This document shows positions 51,154 through 63,994 of a stretch of DNA of 64,000 bases, piece after piece; the first letter of the stretch is position 1; each line of letters opens with the position of its first letter. The notes beneath the pieces were generated by a model. The model was not told the origin of the DNA. It worked only from the letters and a program-made list of their open reading frames with translations, and searched no databases. Source of the stretch: Eledone cirrhosa (Eukaryota). The translations under genes were made by a program, and so were the position numbers. The stretch covers positions 422,778,001 through 422,842,000 of the forward strand of contig OZ024740.1 of NCBI GenBank assembly GCA_964016885.1. The letters are read 5' to 3'.

Positions 51154-53165
51154 GTGTTAGTCGAGGGGAGTATAATAAGTAAGGCAATCAAGGATATGAA
51201 GACGGGTAAGGCGGCTGGGCCTTCGGAAATAGTTGCTGAGATGCTGAAGACATCTGGCACGGTGGGACACACCATGGTCACCCGCATAGTTAACCAAGTC
51301 GTACAGAATGGGGTTGTTCCGAAGGACTGGCATAGCAGCATCATCGTTAACTGTTATAAGGGTAAAGGAGACGCCCTAGATAGGAGTAACTATAGAGGCA
51401 TTAAATTAATCGACCAGGTCATGAAGGTCACGGAAAAAGTAATAGCGCAACTAATCAGAGAGAGAATTGACCTAGATGAAATGCAGTTCGGGTTTGTGTC
51501 AGGCAAAAGCACCACAGACGCTCTTTTCATAGTACGACAACTACAGGAGAAGTACCTAGCTAAAGGTAAACCCCTCTACTTAGCTTTTGTCGACCTGGAG
51601 AAAGCCTTCGACAGAGTCCCCCGCTCCATTATCTGGTGGGCTCTTAGAAAACTAGGCGTTGACGAATGGCTTGTGAGGGCTATACAAGCCATGTATAAAG
51701 AAACAGTCAGCAAGGTTAGAATTAACAACGAATATAGTGAAGAGTTTAGCGTAAAAGTTGGCGTCCATCAGGGCTCTGTTCTCAGCCCCCTACTATTTAT
51801 TATTGCCCTTCAGTCTATAACAGAGGAGTTCAAGACAGGCTGCCCATGGGAACTCCTATACGCAGACGACCTGACACTCATAGCGGAATCAATGGCCGAG
51901 CTAGAGAAGAAATTCCAAACATGGAAGCACGGCCTAGAGTCAAAAGGACTTAAAATTAACCTGGCTAAGACCAAAGTTCTAGTTTGTAGGAAAGAAAACA
52001 AGGCGGCGGTCCCTTCTGGGAAATGGTCGTGCTCGGTGTGTAGGAAAGGCGTAGGTAGAAACTCCATTTTATGTCCTAAATGCAAAGTATGGGTGCATAA
52101 AAGATGTAGTGGGATCACAGGTAAGCTAACTAAGAACATAGATTTTACATGTGGCCGGTGTTCTGGTGCAATAAGTAGCATCAAGTGCCCACAAAATACT
52201 AGCTCTTTCAATTGCGCAGAGGGTTCTATAGAAATAGTGGACAGCTTCCGTTACCTGGGCAGTGGGGGAGGGTGCTCTGAAAGTACTGTAGCTAGAGTCA
52301 GAACTGGTTGGAAAAAGTTCAGAGAGCTTATACCACTATTAGCTGCTAAAGGGTTCTCCCTAAAAATGAAAGCAGGTTGTACGATGCCTGCATACGAACA
52401 GCAATGTTGCATGGCAGTGAGACCTGGGCATTGTGTACAGAGGATATACGCAGACTAGAGAGGAACGAAGCTTGCATGCTCCGCTGGATGTGTAACAGTA
52501 ATATACGTGAACGGCAAAGCATAAACGAACTAAGGAAAAAATTAGAGATAAGAGGGATCAGATGTTGTTTACTCGAGAGAAGGCTACGTTGGTATGGACA
52601 CGTGATGCGCATGAAAGTCGATAGCTGTATAACAAAGTGCAGGGCAATAAAGATAGACGGTAGCCACGGAATAGGCAGACCTAGAAAAACCTGGGACGAG
52701 CTGATAAACTCCGACCTCACACACTTACACCTCTCCAAGACAATGTCACTGGACCGAGACCTTTGGTGGTACTCAGTCACAGAGAAGACCCGCCTTGCCA
52801 GTAGGCATCTCTAACAAAATACACCCCGTCCCGCCACCACCCCCACCCCATCCACACCACCCCGTTCTATGTAAAGTTATGTTGGTGCCGCGCCATCCAG
52901 GCCGAAACAAATGAGATCGTGTAGGTGTCACGACAAAAAAACACACAGTCCACGCTGTAATGTGGCCGTGTAGGCAACACGGTAAAAACCTCCCAGACCC
53001 ACACTGTAAATGTGGTTGGTGTTAGGAAGGGCATCCAGCTGTAGAAAACCTGCCAGACAGTCCTATGCGAGCAAGACAATCACTCTTGCCTCAAGTGGGA
53101 CTACCCCCGTCCAAACCCATGCAAGCGTGGAACACGGACGTTAAACGTTGATGATGATGATGATG
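51154..53165 (+). mobile_element. 5'-truncated RTE copy, near-identical to the minus-strand copy at 16328-18432
   Basis: RT plus PHD-like insert, frameshift near 52372, same 3' UTR and (GAT)n tail. Confidence 0.92.
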
Positions 53166-53456
53166 TGTATGTGTGTATATGTATATATATATATATATGT
53201 ATGTGTGTATATGTATATATATATATGTGTATGTGTGTATATGTATATATATATATGTGTATGTGTGTATATGTATATATATGTATGTGTGTATATGTAT
53301 ATATATGTATGTGTGTATATGTATATATATGTATGTGTGTATATGTATGTGTGTATGTGTATATGTATGTGTGTGTATATGTATGTGTGTGATGTATATA
53401 TATATATGTATATGTGTGTATGTATATATATATGTATATATGTATATGTGTGTATG

Positions 53457-53491
<35 letters not shown>

Positions 53492-53519
53492 ATATGTATG
53501 TATATATATATGTATATAT

Positions 53520-53856
53520 GGAGGCACATGGCTTAGTGGTTAGAGCATTGGCCTGGCAATCGAAAGGTTGTGAGTTCAATTCTCAGACCAGGTGATGTGT
53601 TGTTTCCTTGAGCAAGACACTTTATTTCACATTACTCCAGTTTACTCAGCTGTAGAAATGAGATGATAGGGACTGGGGTCCATATCATTCCACTGCAAAG
53701 TGGTCGTGGAGGTGCCACGGCAAAAAAGCACCCAGCACTCACTGTAAATGAGGTTGGTGTTAGGAAGGGCATCCAGCTGTAGAAATCAAGCCAAAATCAG
53801 TTCCCGTCCCACCCTTGCAAGCAGGGAAAAAGCAGACGTAAAATGAAATGATGATG
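53520..53856 (+). mobile_element. SINE family A reference copy: tRNA head, CORE-like segment, RTE 3' tail
   Basis: TGGCTTAGTGGTTAGAG (A box), GAGTTCAATTC (B box) and CCTTGAGCAAGACACTTT. 53690-53800 matches the RTE 3' UTR at 15965-16120. Confidence 0.9.
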
Positions 53857-53964
53857 TATATATATATATATATATATATGTGTATATGTATGTATATATA
53901 TATATATATATATGTGTGTATATATATATATATATATGTATGTGTGTGCTTGTGAATATGTCTG

Positions 53965-54513
53965 TTAACATTTGGAATATAGCTTAAGAGAAACTTGAAG
54001 ATAATGGTATGATAGGCACTCAATATTTTGAACTGGTCTATAGAATTCTCTAAGTAGAACCTTAAAGAATTAGCTTTTAAAGAATTTCCCTTTTCTTTAA
54101 ATCCATCTACCAATGACTGACCCCCAATGATCTTATAGACACCTGAAATATAGGCATTGTTAGCTTAAGAGAAACTTAAAAATAAGGAGTGGCACCCCAT
54201 TCTGAACTTGTTTCTAGAATGCTTTCTGCCTTTGTTACTCTAAATATAAATTATAGCTTTAAAGAATTAGCTTTTAATGAATTCCCTTTTCTATCAACCA
54301 ATGACCTCTACCCATCCCACTCCCTACCCTCTCCTACCACCTGAAGAGGCCTATAAATACCATATTTATTTTTTGATACCCACATTCCTGATGATTTCTA
54401 AAGAATGAAACAGTTCTAGCCCTGTAGAATCTCATCTATATTAAAACTTTTATACTCTGCTATGTATTGAGTACCTTACTTACTGTGGTTACATCCGATT
54501 CAACCCGGTATAA

Positions 54514-54518
<5 letters not shown>
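53965..54518 (+). mobile_element. Solo Penelope-like terminal repeat with a degenerate hammerhead (54384-54420)
   Basis: Inverted match to 41753-42173. CTGATGA-T-TTCT AA AGAA-T-GAAACAGTTC. Ends at (TA)n. Confidence 0.65.
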
Positions 54519-54585
<67 letters not shown>

Positions 54586-54696
54586 TGTAATTGATCAAAA
54601 GAACATCTATTTTATTAATATTTATATTTTAATATTAATAACTCCGGAAAATTATTTTTTGACATACTCATTGAATATTGTTTAACACTTTAATTC

Positions 54697-54729
<33 letters not shown>

Positions 54730-54983
54730 AAATGAAGTAATTCCGTCGGAAAGGTACATGAAAAAAGAGTACTCTATGTAGGTTACAGAGCTTATTAGTC
54801 ATGTAATAAACAGCATAAGGCAGATATATCTACTTTCAAGAAACCACTGGTAAATGAAATAATTGCCTTATGCTGTTTATTACATAACTAAATATACATA
54901 TATATAATGAAGGAAGTGAGGTAAGGAACCAGACGGACCATCACACAGCAGAGTACTCAATACTTAGGGTAGTAGAGTGGGTA

Positions 54984-55071
54984 ATAGGAAAATGTTCAAG
55001 AGCCCGACGGCAGCGCTCAAGCCGTCGAAACGGCTTGAGCTCTGCCGTCGGGGTCTTGAACATTTTCCTAT
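54984..55071. repeat. GC-rich hairpin, 42-bp arms, CGAA loop
   Basis: ATAGGAAAATGTTCAAGAGCCCGACGGCAGCGCTCAAGCCGT-CGAA-ACGGCTTGAGC...CATTTTCCTAT, with 2 mismatches. Confidence 0.9.
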
Positions 55072-55104
55072 ATATATATATATATATAATCATTAGAACA
55101 TCTG

Positions 55105-55220
55105 AAGCATGTGGCTGAGTGGTTAGAGAATTGGATTCGCAATCGTGAGGTTATGAGTTCGATTCCCGGACTAGGCGATGCGTTATGTCCTTGAGCAAGA
55201 CACTTTATTTTACGTTGTTC
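55105..55220 (+). mobile_element. SINE head fragment (tRNA-like plus core)
   Basis: TGGCTGAGTGGTTAGAG, GAGTTCGATTCCC and CCTTGAGCAAGACACTTT. Confidence 0.7.
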
Positions 55221-55775
55221 CTTCTACCTGGAGTTGCGACCGATAAATAGTTTTAGTAATTGGACAGACTAATGGAAACATTGTTTCCTAGTTCCGATTT
55301 GACGAAAGTTGATCGTTCCTTTTAGAACAGCTGACTGATAAAATGTCAAGTCAGTTAATCATATAGGTGTCCTCCCCACAGCCTCGGCGGGCAGAATGGA
55401 GAAGACATTTCCCCGGAGGACGGCAAGGTAGACTTTGGAGTTAGTTTTCTCCACATTAGTTTCAGGTTTCTGTTGGGTCAGCAACCTTTTATGATGAAAA
55501 TTTCTCAAGGAATTAAACTGATCCTGTATGTTAGTGAAATATATCTCAACTGTTTTTGTTCTACTGTCACAATCTTTGTACATATTAAAACAGGATGGAC
55601 AACAAGGTGGACAAAACATGTTTAAATTGTTAATAAACTACTGCTACTACTGCTGCTGCTACTACTACTACTGCTAGTACTGCTGCTGTTGCTACTACTG
55701 CTACTACTACTACTACTACTGCCTCCTCCATGGAAAATAAACATTAAATATTGATGATATATATATATATATATT

Positions 55776-56338
55776 GGTGGTAGTTACGGAGTAGGTAGAC
55801 CCAGAAAAACCTGGGACGATCTGATAAATTCCGACCTTACACACTTGCGCTTCTCTAAGACAATGTCACTGGACCGAGATCTTTGGTACTACGCAGTAAT
55901 ACAGAAGACACGCCTTGCCTATGTACAAAGCGAAACCTACAGTCAGTAGGCACCTCCTATCCAAATATACACCCAAATCCACTACCCCTACCCTATCCTC
56001 CCACTCCCACCAACACCACCCTCTCTCTGTAAAGTTGGTACCACAACATCCAGTTCAAATAAATGAGATAATGAGATTGAGATTGTGTAGGTGTCACGAC
56101 AAAAAAAAAAAAAAAAAAAATACTCACAGTCCATGCTGTAAATGTGGCCGTGTAGGTAACACGGTAAAAAGTTCCCAGGTCCACACTGTAAATGTGGTTG
56201 GTGTTAGGAAGGGCATCTAGCCGTAGAAAACCTGCCAGGTAGTCCTATACGAGCGAGACACAGTCACCTGACCAAACCTTGCCTCAAGTGGGACAACTCC
56301 CGTCTAACCCATGCTAGCGTGGAAGATGGACGTTAAAC

Positions 56339-56371
<33 letters not shown>
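55776..56371 (+). mobile_element. RTE 3' fragment
   Basis: GRPRKTWDDLINSDL coding end, 3' UTR and (GAT)n. Confidence 0.85.
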
Positions 56372-56599
56372 ATATACATATATATAGATGTGTGTGAGAG
56401 TTAAGTTTTATCAAATATACAAACTGTCCCCTATCTACAGACTACTTTCTCCATTTATATTTTCCAATGGTATCTGGCCAGAATTCTCTCACCTCTTTCT
56501 GTTCAAACCTGGCTTCTCAAAATAAATAACAAAATCTCATAGATTCGATATTATGTGAGATAAAGCCTTTACTGTGAAAATATAATAGTAAAAATTACA

Positions 56600-57274
56600 A
56601 TAGTAAATTATTTATTTTTTACGACTTTCATTGGTTAAATATTAATATGACAACACCCATAGTGTTGTACTTCTGGCAATCCTGCCGAATACACTGCCAA
56701 GGATGAACCTTTTCCCCTTGGCGTCAGATATCCCGTTCGATTTCCGGCGATCCCAGTTCCCGGTGAGACCATGTTTTGCCATGTCCATTAACAAGTCACA
56801 AGGGCAAACATTGTCGGTGGCGGGCATCCATTTGGGGGAGCCATGCTTCTCCCATGGCCAACTTTATGTTGCCTGTTCCCGCATAGGGAGCAGGAATGGA
56901 CTTTTTGCTTACACTCCTCAAGGGATGACACGCAATATCATCTACAAAGAGGTGCTATAGATGTTGGTGCAGGTGTTGAAGCTATGCCGTCTGGAAAACT
57001 ATTTCCTGGTAGGGTCACCCATGGCAGACAGATCTGACACCCAGCAGCATCAGGGCCACCATCTTGCAACTTTGGTCTGCTAAATTCGCTATTGGAAGAT
57101 TATTAACCCATCATTGATTGTCCAAAATGCTAATTGGTTCGTAACTTTTAATAACTGGTTCAACTGCTTTATGCACTTAATTGATAAGCTTATTCGCTTT
57201 CAAGCCACGTTTACTTGTATGTTACTTTTCATAGCAAATGAACAAACCCGAGCAACGCCGGGCTAAACTACTAG
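56600..57274 (+). mobile_element. Helitron 3' fragment: PIF1-like helicase C-terminus and terminal hairpin/CTAG
   Basis: ORF 56703-56960 RRSQFPVRPCFAMSINKSQGQTL...FSHGQLYVACSR...NIIYKEVL. End CCCGAGCAACGCCGGG...CTAG|T. Confidence 0.88.
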
Positions 57275-57344
57275 TGTGAGATAAAGCCTTTACTGTGAAA
57301 ATACAATAGTAAATACAGAGTAATGTAAATGTTAAAGGGTTAAT

Positions 57345-58008
57345 CAGTAGCAGAGGAGGGTGTTCTGAATGCATACTGGCTAGAATAAGGGTAAGATGGA
57401 AGAAGTTTAGTGAGCTACAATCCCAATGATGACTATAATAGGTTTCTCCCTACGTACAAAAGGACGACTGTATGATGCCTGTGTGGAAAGTGTGATGCTG
57501 TATGATGCTCGTGTGCAAAGTGTGATGCTGTATGATGTCTGTGTCAAAGTGTGATGCTCCCTAGTAGTGAAACATGGGCTGTGACTGCAGAGATCATGTG
57601 TAGACTGGGGAGAAATGAAACAACCATGGTTCGTTGGATGTGAAGTGGAAATGTGAGAGAAAGGCAGGGCTTGGATGAACTGAGGGAGAAGCTGGGTTTA
57701 AGAGGAATCTGAGGTGGTGTACAGGAGAGAAGACTGCATTTGTATGGACATGTGATGCACATGGGTCATGAGTGTTGGGTGAAGAAATATCAGGAAATGA
57801 CAGTGGAAAGAAACTGCACAAGAGGTAGACCAAGAAAGACCAGGGCAGAGGTGGTGAGGGATGACCTCAAATTGCTGATATTCACAGAGGAGATGATGAA
57901 GAAACGCAGTGAGTGGAGAGATGCTGTGCTAAAAAGGACCCCTCCAACTTATGCAAGCATGGAAAAACAGACATTAAAATGATGATAGTGATGATAATGG
58001 TGATGATG
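57345..58008 (+). mobile_element. Old decayed RTE 3' fragment
   Basis: YGHVMHM...RGRPRKT peptide and a degenerate (GAT)n tail. Confidence 0.8.
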
Positions 58009-58577
58009 TTTATTGTCTTCTATGATAAGTAAAAAGTGAAGTTAGTCTCAATTGGATTTAATTTTAGACTAGCAAGATTCTTGGTTTAAGTTAAAGCCAT
58101 CAAAAGGGATCTATATTTGATTGAGTTGATTCAATATATTACTGGTACTTTCTATTGAGTTGCGTGAATAAAAAGTAAGGTTGACCTCGGTTTTTAAATT
58201 TAAAATAATGTCAAGCTTAATTAGAAACACAAAAATCCATTCCAACAGTAAAAATGGAATGTCTAATTAGTTGGTTGTCTCTGATGCTGCAAAGAAGGAT
58301 TGTTTCATGAACTAATTCTATATTGTTCAGTTTCAGTATTTTAATAAGTTTATTATGTCATTGAATTTCTTAAAGAGGAAGGTAGGAGAGAGAGAGGGGG
58401 AAAGACTGGTGGAGTAAAGAGAGGGAGAGAGATAAAATGCTATCTATAGAAGGAATGTTAATAATATAAAAGCCATTGTGTTGTGTTGAGAGTTCAACTT
58501 TTTGTATCCATGGTAAATGAAAAAGTTTCAAAATAAATCGGTATCAATGCGATCTTTACTTGAATATACGTATGTCT

Positions 58578-59093
58578 TTACCTTACAGTGAGGACCAAGT
58601 GCTCTTTTGTCATGTTACGTTACAGGGAGGACTAGGTGCTCTTTTGTCAGGTTACCTTACAGTGAGAACTAGGTGCTCTTTTGTCATGTTACCTTACAGT
58701 GAGAACTAGGTGCTCTTTTGTCATGTTACTTTACAGTGAGAACTAGGTGCTCTTTTGTCAGGTTACCTTACAGGAGGACTAGGTGCTCTTTTGTCAGGTT
58801 ACTTTACAGGGAGGACCAGGTGCTCTTTTGTCATATTACATTACAGGGAGTACTAGGTGCTCTTTTGTCAGGTTACCTTACAGTGAGGACTAGGTGCTCT
58901 TTTGTCAGGTTACCTTACAGTGAGGACTAGGTGCTCTTTTGTCAGGTTACCTTACAGTGAGGACCAGGTGCTCTTTTGTCAGGTTACCTTACAGGGAGGA
59001 CCAGGTGCTCTTTTGTCAGGTTATGTTACAGGGAGTACTAGGTGCTCTTTTGTCATGTTACCTTACAGGGAGAACTAGGTGCTCTTTTGTCAT
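58578..59093. repeat. Minisatellite, 37-bp unit, ~14 copies
   Basis: (TTACCTTACAGTGAGGACTAGGTGCTCTTTTGTCAGG)n. Confidence 0.93.
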
Positions 59094-59976
59094 GGCACTA
59101 ACATGAACACCTTACATGGTGGACCTTTGTTGTGTTGCCAGCGTGACCTCCTTATGGGGTAGACTGGGAGCTTTTAACCATTTCAGCAACATTGTGGGAG
59201 AGCGTGTTCATCTTTCCATGCTTGTATACTTGGGTTGGTCAAGGGAAGCTCCTCAGAAGTGGAGATTGCAAGTGGTGGGGTGTATGTACGTGTCCAACTC
59301 TTTCCCCTCTGCTTCAGTACTGACTTGGTCTAGGTAGACTTGTCCAACCCTTGCTAGCAAGGAAAGCAGGCATTGAATGATGATGATGTATCTAAGACTA
59401 AATTAACCAAGCTGTATTTTTTGTTTTAAAACAGTCAGATGTAATTTAAGGGAGATTTGGCTGTGATTTCATAGAGGCTCCTTCGCTGGTTTATTAATCT
59501 CGTCTTTTATAAGCCTGCAGAAGAGCTATATAATTCACAGTTAAGGAACCAAATTTTAAAATTGGTTCAAAATCTTTGGACAAAATCTTCCTCCTCTGAA
59601 ATAAACTGATGAAAATATTCCATTTAATTGACCTCTGCTCTGACATAGATCTGAGCTGACCAATTCCAAGAACCGCCTTTAGTATTCTTTTGCTGTTATC
59701 TATATAAGGAAGTTATTATTGTTTAGCCCTTGGTCAACTCTGATTTAGAAGATCTTAAAGGCCTTCTGTGTCCAGCCCATTCTTCTGTTGGACATTGCAT
59801 ATTTAGAACTACATTATTTAATGTGTCCCTTCTTTGTTGAGAGAGTTGAGTGTACTATGATAAGATACTTGGCTGCTATTTCTAGTGACAATGTAAAGGC
59901 TTCCTCACAGGTTCAATTGTGTAAAAAGGAAAAGGTAATGGTTGGTATATGAGAAGATTAAGATCAACAGTAATGA

Positions 59977-60207
<231 letters not shown>

Positions 60208-60217
60208 TAATGTAAAC

Positions 60218-60490
60218 CTTCAGACCTTAGAGAGCTACTCCTCAGGTATTAAGTTCTCTTCAGACCTTAGAGAGCAACAACTCAGGATATTAAATTATCT
60301 TCAGGCCTTAGAGAGCAACACACCAGGTATTAAGTTATCTTCAGACCCTAGCGAGCAACACCTCAGTATATTATCTTCAGACCTTAGAGAGCAACACCTC
60401 AGTATATTATCTTCAGACCTTAGAGAGCAACACCTCAGTATATTATCTTCAGACCTTAGAGAGCAGCACCACCTTAGGATATTAAGTTAT
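60218..60490. repeat. Intronic minisatellite, ~36-39-bp unit
   Basis: CTTCAGACCTTAGAGAGCAACACCTCAGTATATTAT repeats. Confidence 0.85.
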
Positions 60491-60561
60491 CATTAGACCT
60501 GTGATCTGGTCCTAATGTTGGCATTAGAGTGAGCTCTTCATCTTAGGCCCTCAAGTACTAA

Positions 60562-60927
<366 letters not shown>

Positions 60928-61054
60928 ACCACATCTATTCTCATTAGCTCTGGACCTGTTCGTGTCGATGCTAGTCATTCTATTCTTGACTGTTGCATCA
61001 TATCAACATTCAGTACTTATTTAGAGACCAGCCATTTTTTGATTAACCTCTCTC

Positions 61055-61060
61055 AATAAA
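61055..61060 (+). promoter_or_regulatory. Candidate polyadenylation signal
   Basis: First AATAAA, ~130 bp after the stop. Others occur downstream. Confidence 0.35.
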
Positions 61061-62867
61061 CAAATCAACTAAAACAACAAAGAAAGAACAACAACAACAA
61101 AAATGTTTTTAAAAAATAATTAAGACAAGAAAAAAAGAAAAACTTTTTAAAAAATTGACTTAATAAAAAAAATGTATGTATTTGAGCTGACATAAAATTT
61201 CTAACTTTACAAACTTGCCCCAGGAATTTAAGAGAATTAATTGCATAAATAATTACATAATTCCATATATAAATACATAAAATAAACAAAAAGACACATA
61301 ACCCCAAATATGGTCATGGAAACAAAACATAATTTGTAAGTTACAATGATGATGACACAAAAATACTTATCTTGAAATATATAACATTGGGAAAGCAAAG
61401 AAGGGGGAGAAAGAACCAGAGTGAAATTCCTATTGTGGGGAAGGGGGCTACTATTTTGGACCTTTTACAAAATGGAAAGGACAAGAATTCCTTTAAAAAT
61501 TAAATAAAATAAAAATAAAAATAAAAAATACTCTAAATTGTTGGGAGAAAAGAGAACTTCAATAACCACTTTAAGCTAAAAGAAAAAAAATCTAAAAACG
61601 TCTGAATGTGTATATATATATGTGTGTGTGTATATATATATATATGTGTGTGTATTTATATATATATGTATATATATATATATAAATACACACACACACA
61701 CATATATATATATAATATTTGTGTGTGTGTATATATATATGTATATGCATATATGTGTGTGTATCCTTATCCCCATTATGTAAGTATATATATATATGCA
61801 TACATATGTATAATTTAGGTGTATTGATTTTATTTCATTTATATATTTAGTTGGGTAATCAGTGGTTTTTATTTATTTTTTCTTGATTTCTTCCTTTTTT
61901 TGAATAATATAAAATATACCTAAAATAAAAAAAAGAAGACGAAACCCCCCCCCCCCCCCCCACCACCACCACCACCACCACCACCACCACCAATAAAAGA
62001 AGACCTCTAAATCCCTTGTACTACAAGCTGATTGTATAAAATTGAGTGTGTGATTAGTTGTCAGTTGTAGTTTAACACAAAAAAGAAAACTTTCCTTCCC
62101 ATCTGTCATTGACATTTCAATATCAACTCTGCTTAATTTGGATCAGTTTAACATTTTTCTAGGTTGAGCATATATTTTTTTACTTCTTCCTCTACTTCCT
62201 CTTCTTCTTCTTCCTCTCCTTCCTCTTCCTCTTTTGTCCTCACCATTATCATTATAACAACCATTATTTTTATTGTTTCGTTTATTGTAATAACAACAAT
62301 AATAATAATAATAATAACTACAAATATTATTATTATTGTTGTTATTACTATCATTATCATTATTACTATTTTATTGATTTCTATCTCCACAATCTACATA
62401 ACAATTGAGCCGTTTACATTTCTTTTGGAAAAAACAAAAATGTGTAAGAATAATAAAGACAAAAACAAAACAATAAATAAATTTGTCCATGATCTTCTCC
62501 TGTTTATTGATTAATTGGTGATTGAATATTTTCTAATATTTAACAATGTTCAATAATGTGAAATGTAATATGGATTCCTCTCACTATAACATATTATTTG
62601 TGTTTCTCTGGACGATACAAGGGTCAGCTGAGAACTTCATAGATTGACCGTGATACTCTCATGGAATGACCAAATTAGGTTTATTTTTAATAAAGTTATT
62701 AATAAGAAGAGTTGAAATTAATGCATGCAACATTTCACAGCTCTAGCATCACTCCTTCATAGTCAGCCTACAAACTTTTCAATTCACCCTTGTATGTATA
62801 TATCATCATCATCATCGTTTTACATCCGTTCTTCCACTATATATACACACACACACACACACACATA

Positions 62868-63994
62868 AACAGGGACTAGAAAAAGGGGTCTCAAAGACTA
62901 AGGTCCTTGTAAGTAAAAGAGAAAACAGAACCCAAATCCCCTCAGGAAAATAGCCTTGCTTAGTATTTAGGAAAGGTGTAGGTAGAAATTCCATTCTCTG
63001 CCCCAAATGCAAATAATGGGTACACAAGAGATGTAGTGGGATCTCAGGAAATTTAGTTAAGAATGTAGGCTTTGCATGTAGCAGCTGCACTGGGACAGTA
63101 AGCAGCAAATGACTGCAGGAAACAATCACTACCAAATTCTGGGAGGTTCTGTAGAAACAGTAGACAGCTTCTGCTACCTAGATGACCAAATTAGCAACGG
63201 AAGTGGGTGTTCGGAAAGTACAGTAGCCAGAGTAAGAACAGGATGGAAGAAGTTCAGGGAGCTACTGCCACTGTTAGCTGCAAAAGGCTTTTACCTCAAA
63301 ATGAAAGGCGGACTGTATGATGCGTGTATACGAACAGCAATGTTACATGGTAGTGAGACCTGGGCGCTGTCTGTAGAAGACTTGCGTAGATTAGAAAGAA
63401 ACAAAGCTTGTTCCGATGGATGTGTAATAGTAATATATGCAAACAGCAAAGTATAAACAAATTGAGAGAGAGACTAAGCATAAGAGGAATCAAATGTTGT
63501 GTGCAGGAGAGGAGATTACGTTGGTATGGACATGTGATGCATAGGAAGGATGACAGCTGCATAAAAAGGTGCAGAGCACTAAAAGTTGATGGAAGCCTTG
63601 GAGACCTAAGAAGACCTGGTATGAGGTGATAAAAGCTGACCTTGCCCCAATTGCACCTCTCAAAGATGATGACACAGGACTGAGACCTTTGGCGTTACAC
63701 AGTAATACAAAAGACCCGACTTCCCACGGGTACAAGTCGAAGCTGAAACATATAGACAGTATGCTCCCACCCTTCTCCCACTGCAAAGTGGTCGTGTAGG
63801 CGCCATTGTAAAAAAGCACCCAGTATTCACTGTAAATGAGGTTGGTGTTAGGAAGGGCATCCAGCTGTAGAAATCAAGCCAAAATCAGTTCTGTATGAGC
63901 AAGACAAGGTCACTTGACCTGGCATTGCCCACAACAGGACTATCCGTTTAACCCATGCTAGCGTGGAATAATAGACGTAAAACGATGATGATGA
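62868..63994 (+). mobile_element. 5'-truncated decayed RTE copy of the intact element's subfamily
   Basis: Colinear with 15040-16235, with stops and frameshifts. (GAT)n tail. Confidence 0.9.

Noticed and set aside
53520-53595. tRNA gene
   Set aside because: The A/B boxes belong to a dispersed SINE head that continues into core and LINE tail; no clean cloverleaf seen.
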